A stretch of DNA of 64,000 nucleotides from Candidatus Bathyarchaeota archaeon (lineage in GTDB: Archaea > Thermoproteota > Bathyarchaeia > Bathyarchaeales > Bathycorpusculaceae). The DNA is taken from contig CAVZIW010000004.1 in NCBI GenBank assembly GCA_963775465.1, positions 96,001 through 160,000 on the forward strand, written 5' to 3'. A program made the translations under genes and the position numbers. The notes under the pieces are model-generated. The model was not told the origin of the DNA and ran no database searches. It saw nothing but the letters and a program-made list of their open reading frames with translations. This document shows, one piece after another, positions 56,421 to 64,000 of this stretch. The first letter of the stretch is position 1. Each line of letters starts with the position of its first letter.

Positions 56421-57668
56421 CTATTTGAGAAACTGTTCCTGGGTGGCTGAGACTGCAAGGTCTAATAGTTCTCGCAAAGGTTTCTTGGTTTTCTCTGCAA
56501 GGCGTTTTAGATCTTCATATTCAGGTTTTATACGGATAATTTCTCCGTTTTGGTCTTTAGAGATCTTAACTTTAACGGTTTCTTTGTTGCCCAATATGAG
56601 TAAATCGACCACATGGAGTTCTCTGTTTATGATATGTCGTTCACAATAGTAGACCCTTACACCAAGTGTGCCTGTTTCGTCAATTAGAACTTTTGATAGA
56701 CGTTGGATATCTTTTTGTTCCGCTATTACTTTAATTATTTGTCCTGGACGATTTTTCTTTGTAAACATTGGAATTATGCTTACGTCTTTAGCCCCTTCAT
56801 TTAGGAGTTTGTCGATTACGTATCCGAGTACTTCGCCAGTTGTATCATCAAGGTTAGTTTCCAGAACGGCTATTTCATCTCTCAATGGCTTTTCAATAGA
56901 CTCTTCACCCATGGTTAATCTAAGAACTGCGGGTAATCCTGGGAAATCTTTGGTTCCAGCACCATAACCTAACTTCATAGGAACAATGGGAGGATAAAAA
57001 CGGCTTACTTCATCTGTCAAGTTTACTAGGATTGATACTCCCGTGGGTGTAGCGAGTTCTGCATTGATTGGGCCTCCATGGAAAGGGAAGTTTTTTGATT
57101 GAAGAATTGCTAACGTTGCTGGTGCAGGGCTTGAAACGGTGCCGTGTGAAAAATTGAATGTTCCACCGCCTACGGCTACGGGTGTTGAGTAGATTCTTGA
57201 TTCAAAAAGCTTTAAGTCTTCAAGGGCAACTGCAACGCCTAGTATTTCAGCGGCAGTATCGACAAAGGCTACTTCGTGTAGGTGGGCATCATCGAAGGAA
57301 ACTTTATGCAGATCGGCTTCAACACTAACTAATGAGCGGATCGCTTTGGAAACAAACTCTTTGGCTTTCGTTGGAAGACTCAAGTTTGCTGCAGCGTTTT
57401 CAACTAGATCGACCAGTTGGCTACCACTGTTTTTCGATGTTGACTCAGAGGTTACATCAATCTGTGTAGCTTTAAATTGACCCCGTGTTACTTTTTTTAA
57501 ATCTATTTTGATCTTACCGTAGCCGAGATCTGGGTGCTCTAGAGATTTAATCGCCAAAATTACTTTGTTAGCGTCTGCGCCGAGATCAATCAAAGCGCCT
57601 AAAATCATATCTCCGGCAACACCGGAAACTTGACAATCAATTATGAGAACTTTTTTGGGTCCTGACAT
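56421..57668 (-). CDS. larC: Nickel pincer cofactor nickel insertase LarC
   Basis: SGVAGDMILGAL, HLHEV, PAPAT, TPTG, ETNLDD, MFTKKNRPG, ETGTLGVR, KPEYED; C1 and C2 in one frame. Confidence 0.93.
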   Translation of the reverse strand: MSGPKKVLIIDCQVSGVAGDMILGALIDLGADANKVILAIKSLEHPDLGYGKIKIDLKKVTRGQFKATQIDVTSESTSKNSGSQLVDLVENAAANLSLPTKAKEFVSKAIRSLVSVEADLHKVSFDDAHLHEVAFVDTAAEILGVAVALEDLKLFESRIYSTPVAVGGGTFNFSHGTVSSPAPATLAILQSKNFPFHGGPINAELATPTGVSILVNLTDEVSRFYPPIVPMKLGYGAGTKDFPGLPAVLRLTMGEESIEKPLRDEIAVLETNLDDTTGEVLGYVIDKLLNEGAKDVSIIPMFTKKNRPGQIIKVIAEQKDIQRLSKVLIDETGTLGVRVYYCERHIINRELHVVDLLILGNKETVKVKISKDQNGEIIRIKPEYEDLKRLAEKTKKPLRELLDLAVSATQEQFLK

Positions 57669-57744
57669 GATTTATCACAAAAACTTAGTTAGTAAGACAA
57701 ACATAATAGATATATTGTGTTGTCTTTTTTTAAATTGCTTGTTT

Positions 57745-58533
57745 ATGTCATCGCTTAAAGATATTTTAGACAAGGTTGCTAACCAAGAAATTACACCAAT
57801 ACAAGCTGAAAAACTTTTGAAGTTAAATGCAATCGATCAAGTAGGATGCTTAGCCAAGATAGATGGAAACCGAGAAATACGTAAAGGCGTTCCAGAGATT
57901 GTTCTGGCTGAAGGTAAAACACCAATCGAAGTCTTAGACATAACTAAGGGTATGCTCAGTAGAACCGGCAGAGTCATCATCAGCAGATCAACAGAAGAAT
58001 ACGTAAAAGCCCTCAAAGAGGCTTTTGATAAAGATGCCACACTTGAGGTACATAACAAAGCGAGAATAGTGGTTGTGAAAAAGAAGGATTACATAATGTG
58101 CCAAAGTGGCGGCAGAGTGGCAGTTTTGACAGCAGGAACTTCGGATGTCCCGGTAGCTGAGGAAGCAAAAATTATTGCTCAAGAAATGGGATGCAGAGTT
58201 TGGTCAGCCTACGATGTGGGAGTAGCAGGAATTCACAGACTACTCGACCCGATTAAAGAAATTATTGCAAACGACGTTGATGTAATTGTTGTGGTTGCTG
58301 GCAGGGAAGGCGCTTTGGCATCCGTTGTTTCTGGACTCATTGATGTTCCTGTAATCGCAGTGCCGACTTCCAACAGTTTCGGTTTTGGAGGAAAAGGCGT
58401 GGCTGCATTGATGGCGATGCTTCAGTCTTGTTCGTTGGGACTGGCGGTTGTTAACATTGATGGCGGAGTTGCTGCAGGCGCAGTAGCTGCATTGATTGCC
58501 AATCGCACGGGCAAATTAAGAAAACAGGCTTAG
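57745..58533 (+). CDS. larB: NPN-cofactor carboxylase/hydrolase LarB
   Basis: GVPEIV..EGKT, AGTSDVPVAEEA, DVGVAGIHRL, AGREGALASV, PTS, SC..GL.VVNID; start reassigned to MSSLKD. Confidence 0.93.
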   Translation: MSSLKDILDKVANQEITPIQAEKLLKLNAIDQVGCLAKIDGNREIRKGVPEIVLAEGKTPIEVLDITKGMLSRTGRVIISRSTEEYVKALKEAFDKDATLEVHNKARIVVVKKKDYIMCQSGGRVAVLTAGTSDVPVAEEAKIIAQEMGCRVWSAYDVGVAGIHRLLDPIKEIIANDVDVIVVVAGREGALASVVSGLIDVPVIAVPTSNSFGFGGKGVAALMAMLQSCSLGLAVVNIDGGVAAGAVAALIANRTGKLRKQA

Positions 58534-58676
58534 AAATTTTTCCTTTTAACACTCTAAGCGAACGGGTTTGCTAAAAAACTCGAGCACCCATTTTTTAGGT
58601 TCGCTCATATTATTAGTATAATTTGAACAAAAATTTGGATGAAAAATTTAGAGGCCTAAAAAATAGGCTGGTGAAA

Positions 58677-58949
58677 TTAGCTGTCCTCTGCGTCTTCTTT
58701 TGCCAATTCATCTGAAATACTATCATCATGACTCTGAGCGTTCTTGCGTGTTTGTTTTTTGCTCGGAGCTCCTTGTTCTCGTCCTAACATGAACCCTTCC
58801 TCGGCGGGCGTGATTTCGTCATCTTCAAGCATTGTGTCTCTTTCGCCTGCATCGTAGATGTCATCAGTTTCTTCTTCTTTGTCCTCTTTATCGAGTGGAG
58901 GGCCTTGATAGAAATGAGGAGGTGCTTTCTTCTTTGTTTTATTACTCAA
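58677..58949 (-). CDS. Small acidic hypothetical protein
   Basis: 90 aa, D/E-rich, DIYD...EDDEITPAEEGFM. Confidence 0.65.
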   Translation of the reverse strand: MSNKTKKKAPPHFYQGPPLDKEDKEEETDDIYDAGERDTMLEDDEITPAEEGFMLGREQGAPSKKQTRKNAQSHDDSISDELAKEDAEDS

Positions 58950-59297
58950 ATCATCATCTCCATTTTAACTTTTTTTAAGTTCTGTTTTAGACAAATAGAC
59001 ATTGTAATTTTAACGTCTTTTATGAGTATGTGATTACATAATGACAATCACAAATAAAACTGTTCAAACAAAATTAAAAGTTGCCATAAATCCTTGTGTA
59101 TTACAAAGGTTACCAATCGTAAATTTTTAAGTGATGCTGCGTCTAATTGCACAAATTATTTAAAAAATGTAAATTCTAACCATGTACTTTGCAATAAAAC
59201 TTACTAAAGATTTTTATACTCAAAAACAAACCTTTGAAATGTCACATTAACTCAGTATCACAAAGCCCAACAAGCTTTTAGGATAAGAAAAGGATCT

Positions 59298-60476
59298 GTG
59301 GCAGAAGAAAACAAGCAAATGCAAACTCAATCATTTAAGGATTTACCTTTATCTAGGGAAATCCAGAGAAGTATCGAAGAACTCGGGTTTGAAAGTCTTT
59401 TTCCGATTCAAGCTCAAGCAATAATCCCCCTGCTCGAAGGCAAAGACGTCATCGGGCAAGCCCAAACCGGCACAGGTAAAACCGCAGCTTTTGGCTTACC
59501 AATGGTTCATTGTATAAACCGCGAAGTCCGCGGCGTCCAAGGACTTATTTTGGTACCAACACGTGAACTCGCAGTTCAAGTCGCCGAAAACATGACAAAA
59601 TTCGGCAAATATGCCAAACTAAAGGTTTTAGCTGTCTACGGAGGAGAATCCATAAACAAACAAATCCACTCACTATCAAGCGGTGTCCAAATTGTAGTTG
59701 GAACACCTGGCAGACTCATTGACCTCATGGAAAGACGCGTACTGAATTTAGCGTCTGTGCGTATTGTGGTTTTAGATGAAGCTGACCGAATGCTCGACAT
59801 GGGCTTCACAGAAGACGTTGAATACATTTTGTCAAAAACACCAAGAGACCGTCAAACAAGTCTTTTTAGCGCAACCATCGACGATTCTGTAATGCGTGTG
59901 TGCAACAAATACCTAAAAAATCCTCAAAAAATTCTTGTTAGCAAAGACGAAATTGCACTAACCCAAATGAAACAATACTATGCCATCGTCAATCAAGGCG
60001 GCAAACTCAACGCGCTCTGCGATTTTCTGCAGGATGACCAAGTAGACAAAGCCATCATTTTCTGTAGAACCCGCCATGAAACAAGCCGGTTAGCGGACCA
60101 ACTCTACAAACGAGGTTTCAAAACACAAGTCCTCCATGCAGGCTTTACGCAAGCCCAACGCGACCGATCAATCAACGATTTTCGCCGCGGCACACGCAAC
60201 CTTCTAGTAGCAACCGACGTAGCCGCAAGGGGCTTAGACATCGAAGGCATAACCCACATAATCAACTACGACGTACCAAACGACCCCCCAGTATATTTCC
60301 ACCGCATAGGCAGAACTGCACGTAAAGGCGAAGAAGGCACCGCAATAACCCTTGTAAGTTATGGTGAAATGTCAAACTTTAACAACATCAAATGCTTAAC
60401 CAAAACAAAAATAGAAGAAATCAAAAAAGCAACAACCACCCGAATAGAAGACTCTCCAATCCAGAGCTTCTACTAA
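59298..60476 (+). CDS. DEAD-box RNA helicase
   Basis: Q motif, AQTGTGKT, PTRELA, GTPGR, DEAD, SAT, ARGLD, HRIGRTAR. Confidence 0.96.
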   Translation: MAEENKQMQTQSFKDLPLSREIQRSIEELGFESLFPIQAQAIIPLLEGKDVIGQAQTGTGKTAAFGLPMVHCINREVRGVQGLILVPTRELAVQVAENMTKFGKYAKLKVLAVYGGESINKQIHSLSSGVQIVVGTPGRLIDLMERRVLNLASVRIVVLDEADRMLDMGFTEDVEYILSKTPRDRQTSLFSATIDDSVMRVCNKYLKNPQKILVSKDEIALTQMKQYYAIVNQGGKLNALCDFLQDDQVDKAIIFCRTRHETSRLADQLYKRGFKTQVLHAGFTQAQRDRSINDFRRGTRNLLVATDVAARGLDIEGITHIINYDVPNDPPVYFHRIGRTARKGEEGTAITLVSYGEMSNFNNIKCLTKTKIEEIKKATTTRIEDSPIQSFY

Positions 60477-60591
60477 ACCCACTTTTCTGGTTTTTCAACC
60501 ATCAACCCAGCATTGTAAAAGTCTTAATACTTGCAATTCAGCTATTAGACAACAAAAAAATCCATACAATAAAATATACCATTTTTGGCTA

Positions 60592-60960
60592 CTAACATTC
60601 TTCCGTTGAACTCGGCTTTATAGTTAAAGCTGATTTGTCTGTTGTAGCTAACTCATATTGGTTTGAATGTTTTATGGCCTTTTTAGGGCAAATATCAACA
60701 CAATGGTAGCAGAATATACATTTATCCAAGTGAACCTGAGGCTTCTTTTTTCCATCCACTTCAACCATTTCGATTGCTTTAGAGGGGCATTCTTTGCAGC
60801 ATAAACCGCACCCGATACAAAGTTCTGAGTCAAACATTGGTTGGCCACGGTAATCGTCAGGCAAAGTAGGCTTAGTAGACGGATATTTGGTCGTTGCTGG
60901 TTTAGAGACAAGTTCGTGCGCAGCTCTCTTAAATAATCGGGGGATACGCGGTTTAGGCAT
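60592..60960 (-). CDS. 2x[4Fe-4S] protein, NuoI/HycF/MbhN-like
   Basis: KPATTKYP..YRG, CIGCGLCCKECP, CIFCYHCVDICP. Confidence 0.85.
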   Translation of the reverse strand: MPKPRIPRLFKRAAHELVSKPATTKYPSTKPTLPDDYRGQPMFDSELCIGCGLCCKECPSKAIEMVEVDGKKKPQVHLDKCIFCYHCVDICPKKAIKHSNQYELATTDKSALTIKPSSTEEC

Positions 60961-61346
60961 TTAATTACACCACTTGCTAATTCTCTGGTATAAACCATTA
61001 TTTTAATGCAACTAAAAAAGCAATCTATGAAGTCTGAAAATCGAATAATTGTGGTCATCATTCTCTTTTTTGCCGAGATCCTTAGCGCCGTTGATAAGAC
61101 TGCGCTCTTTCTCAAATATGCTCTGCCTTCTTTGAGGGTAGCTTTTGATCAATATTGCATTTCCTTCTTTTTCCTGATTTTCTGCAAAAAATACTCCTTG
61201 TGCAAGACAGTTTACTCAGTGAAAGTTTGCTCGCAGCAAGTTGTTGTCTGCGTTGCTCTAATAAAATGCTAATAACTCACAGAAAGCATTATTTGATATC
61301 ATGTGGTTTTTTCGCTCGGACAGTTAGTATTTAAAAGGCAAGGAAA

Positions 61347-62387
61347 ATGAAACAAGTTTCTAAGTATGCAACTGCTAAAGAAAGGAGAAATATGACCCAG
61401 CAAGAAAAGATACGGCTAGGTCTAAGAATGTGTCGCGGAGTAATCTCAAACCTGGTTGGTGCGAGAACTCCACTGTTCTGTGGTCATAAACTAACTTATA
61501 ATTGTAACCTCAAATGTAGAATGTGCCCATTTTGGAAAAGATCGACAACAGATTTGAGTCTAGAGAAAGAAAAAACCATTCTGAGGCAAATTTATAATTC
61601 AGGAGTTTGCGGAATCGCATTTGAAGGCGGAGAGCCACTTCTGAGAAAGGACTTGGTTGAAATTCTTGACTATGCTAGGTCTTTACCTTTGCAAACGAGC
61701 CTTATCACAAACGGCACTATGTTGGAACCCAGAATAGATGAAATAACACCATACATTAACGGTGGCATTTATGTTTCTCTAGATGGAATAGGCAAAACTC
61801 ATGATTTAATCAGGGGTGTCAGCGGCTGTTTCAAAAAGGCAATAGAGGGAATAAGCGCAGCCTCCAAAAAAATTCCTGTTGCAATTAATACGACGATAAT
61901 GGCTGAAAATATCTATGAGATTGAAGATCTGGTTAAGTTGGCAAAGGAATTAGATGTAAAAATATCAGTTGCTGTTGCCCATGAATACTGCAACGCTGAA
62001 GTCTCTACACCTCAAAGTCAAGAAATCATTGACACAGCCAGAAATCTCATCGAATTAAAAAAGAAAGGTTATCCTCTCATAAATTCATTAAGCTATTTTA
62101 AAGTAATTGCTAAAGAGAAAAAATGGAACTGTAAACCTTGGTCGACAATTAACGTAAGTCCGGAAGGATATTTAGTTCTACCTTGTTATGTGCTAAATGG
62201 ATATGCGAAATCTATTTCCGTTTTTAAAACTAGTATCAGAACTGCTATATCCGATTTTGATTGGAGAGAAATACAGAGGTGTCAAATTTGCAGTCTCCAC
62301 TGTTATGTGGAACCGTCACTGGTGCTTTCTTATGATTTTGGAACCCTACGGAATTGGGCTTTTCCAACAAAGGACAATCTAGCTTAA
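61347..62387 (+). CDS. Radical SAM protein with C-terminal Cys (twitch/SPASM-like) extension
   Basis: CNLKCRMC, GGEPLL, TNG, VSLDG; C-terminal CKPW..PC..CQICSLHC. Confidence 0.88.
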   Translation: MKQVSKYATAKERRNMTQQEKIRLGLRMCRGVISNLVGARTPLFCGHKLTYNCNLKCRMCPFWKRSTTDLSLEKEKTILRQIYNSGVCGIAFEGGEPLLRKDLVEILDYARSLPLQTSLITNGTMLEPRIDEITPYINGGIYVSLDGIGKTHDLIRGVSGCFKKAIEGISAASKKIPVAINTTIMAENIYEIEDLVKLAKELDVKISVAVAHEYCNAEVSTPQSQEIIDTARNLIELKKKGYPLINSLSYFKVIAKEKKWNCKPWSTINVSPEGYLVLPCYVLNGYAKSISVFKTSIRTAISDFDWREIQRCQICSLHCYVEPSLVLSYDFGTLRNWAFPTKDNLA

Positions 62388-62434
62388 GCATATTGGTCTT
62401 TGCAGAGATAATCTAGGACGCGTTTATTCTTGTT

Positions 62435-62647
62435 TTATTTGATTTTTTGGTTTTCAAAAATAAAAAGTTCATCTATTTTGGTTTTTAGAGTTTCAGCTAT
62501 TTGGTAAGCAAGTATTAGTGATGGATTATACTTTCCCTTTTCTAGATAAAGGATGGTTTCTCTTCTAACACCGACCGCTCTTGCAAGATCTTCTTGAGTT
62601 AAATCATATCTTGCTCTGAACTCTTTGATTCTGGTTTTAAACTTCAT
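62435..62647 (-). CDS. XRE-family HTH regulator
   Basis: [36 protein letters not shown]; start reassigned to 62647. Confidence 0.9.
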   Translation of the reverse strand: MKFKTRIKEFRARYDLTQEDLARAVGVRRETILYLEKGKYNPSLILAYQIAETLKTKIDELFIFENQKIK

Positions 62648-62982
62648 CACAATTCTCCTTTTTTGGCGTAATACCAGCTTAATAAACCATAAGAAAATCC
62701 TGATACCAGCATTATGGCAATTACAGCCCATCCAGCTTCTATCTCTGGCAAGTTTAGAAACTCGTTTCCAACTATGATCCAAACCAACGTTGAGACCATA
62801 AATGCCAAACCGATATAGTAGCTTCCCAAAGCTGCTTTCCCCTGAATCTTTGACGTTCTTTCATCTCTTAACGGGTATCCTGCTTTTCTATCTCTCTGGG
62901 TTCTCCAGATTACAAATATTCCCAGTAGAATAATCAGCAAAGCATTTATGATAAGAATTATTGGCCATCCGAAGGCACCCAT
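62647..62982 (-). CDS. DUF2178-like membrane protein
   Basis: TM-DER-TM-TM pattern ([11 protein letters not shown]), coupled to the XRE gene. Confidence 0.75.
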   Translation of the reverse strand: MGAFGWPIILIINALLIILLGIFVIWRTQRDRKAGYPLRDERTSKIQGKAALGSYYIGLAFMVSTLVWIIVGNEFLNLPEIEAGWAVIAIMLVSGFSYGLLSWYYAKKGEL

Positions 62983-63478
62983 AACTATTCACCTCCACTA
63001 TTCATTATTCCTCTTTGACCTGAAAGAGGACATATTCCAGTTATTCCCAGTACCAGCGTAGTTTTTGCCTGTTGTTTCGCCCAGAATTGCTCCATCAAAA
63101 TTCTTCTTGATCCAAGTAAACAAATCAAAATTCCCAAAACGAACATTGTTTTCAAGTTTTTGTCCATATTTCCCGGGCTCCATTTATCCAAATCCAACAT
63201 TTTATTATCTTTATCTAACAAAATGTTATGTTATTCTAACTAATAAATTTTTTGCGCAGACTTCTTAGACCCACCTCAGCCTCAACATTAAATAGCGTGT
63301 GTCTTTGGGTCTTGGAAAGCGCAACGTGCTCCTTCTAATTCGACTTCTGAGGGGGCTATCTAAGTTCAGTATTCGTTTCTCCTTCCTGTCGGTTAATTCG
63401 AGGTTAGCTAAGGTTTTTTCAAATGCACATACTTTATGAGTTAAAAGCAGAATGTTAATTGCGGTGGCACAGTAAGCT

Positions 63479-63910
63479 ATGAGTAATTCTCGATTATCAA
63501 GTGAATTACAAGGAAATACCCTTCGTGTGTACTGGTATTTAATCAACTCGTCCAAGACGGCTGTTGGTCCTAGAGATGTTCAAAGGAAATTGGGTTTTTC
63601 AAGTCCTAACTTGTCGGTTTATCATTTGGATAAATTAGTTGATTTAGGTATAGTTGAGAAAGTTACGGGTGGGTATCATGTAACTGAAATAGTTGATGTG
63701 GGTGTCTTAAAGCAGTTTACAAAGGTTCGGGGTTTTGTTTTTCCTAGACAGATCATCTATGCTTCGATGTGGACATCGTTGTTTATTTTTTATCTTTACG
63801 AATTTAGAACTTTGAATTTCTATAGTTTCTTTGCTTTTCTACTTGGGATTCTTGGTACTGTGATTTTTTGGTTTGAAGCTCTGAACAATTGGCGGAACCG
63901 CCCCCGCTAA
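63479..63910 (+). CDS. Winged-HTH protein with C-terminal TM helices (membrane-bound regulator)
   Basis: GNTLRVYWYL, GPRDVQRKLGFSSP..YHLDKL..LG, two C-terminal hydrophobic helices. Confidence 0.78.
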   Translation: MSNSRLSSELQGNTLRVYWYLINSSKTAVGPRDVQRKLGFSSPNLSVYHLDKLVDLGIVEKVTGGYHVTEIVDVGVLKQFTKVRGFVFPRQIIYASMWTSLFIFYLYEFRTLNFYSFFAFLLGILGTVIFWFEALNNWRNRPR

Positions 63911-64000
63911 TTTTAATGTGCTTTTTTGTTTCGCCGGCCAGGTCAATTAATGTATCAAAATTTTCGTTTAGTTTGCATACATTGAAGTATATCTTATTGA

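Noticed and set aside
56421-57668. Programmed frameshift in larC, or Sec/Pyl recoding elsewhere
   Set aside because: larC is one continuous frame, and no gene shows an internal stop followed by in-frame domain continuation
57643-57744. Apparent head-to-head overlap of larB and larC (also long N-termini at 37855, 54987 and 62782)
   Set aside because: Artefact of longest-ORF start choice; downstream ATGs match the family starts
62985-63221. Small membrane gene upstream of the DUF2178-XRE pair, possibly frameshifted
   Set aside because: Two overlapping frames each look only partly protein-like; cannot be resolved without homologs
364-63555. Many 60-150 aa ORFs overlapping larger genes (e.g. 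9420-9764, 24437-24748, 55151-55375, 60672-61115)
   Set aside because: Antisense or alternate-frame shadows of well-supported genes, with no motifs
1-64000. CRISPR array, rRNA, intact transposase or integrase, known defence systems
   Set aside because: No regularly spaced repeats and no Cas, DDE, TnpB or tyrosine-recombinase motifs seen by eye; short or degenerate repeats could have been missed

Overview
Gene-dense, AT-rich archaeal chromosomal segment. Archaeal markers are deoxyhypusine synthase, A/V-type ATPase subunits, three TrmB-family regulators and a tRNA with a bulge-helix-bulge intron; the gene mix suggests Bathyarchaeia, which is an inference. From left to right: A-ATPase I, C and H/G in convergent orientation; PAP2/AUR1-like protein, stand-alone condensation domain, NifU-C and citrate synthase; tRNA-Gln(CTG) and dys; an ~18 kb surface-glycosylation region in which a 3-hydroxybutyryl-CoA dehydrogenase sits between a VioA-like aminotransferase and a sugar N-acyltransferase (candidate anthrose-like sugar pathway); a complete NHEJ set (Ku, ligase-phosphoesterase fusion, Prim-Pol) coupled to DUF72, HD and MBL genes; a glucosylglycerate-type compatible-solute region (GpgS/GpgP plus two Ggs-like paralogs); a TrmB module; tRNA-Leu(TAA) with a D-arm intron, read into antisense by an RHH/CcdA-like ORF (candidate split-integrase remnant); larE/larC/larB; a DEAD-box helicase and a radical SAM protein. 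Two Cys-rich microproteins missed by the ORF track were found. No CRISPR array, rRNA or intact transposase/integrase was seen. All calls come from motif recognition by eye; no database search was run.
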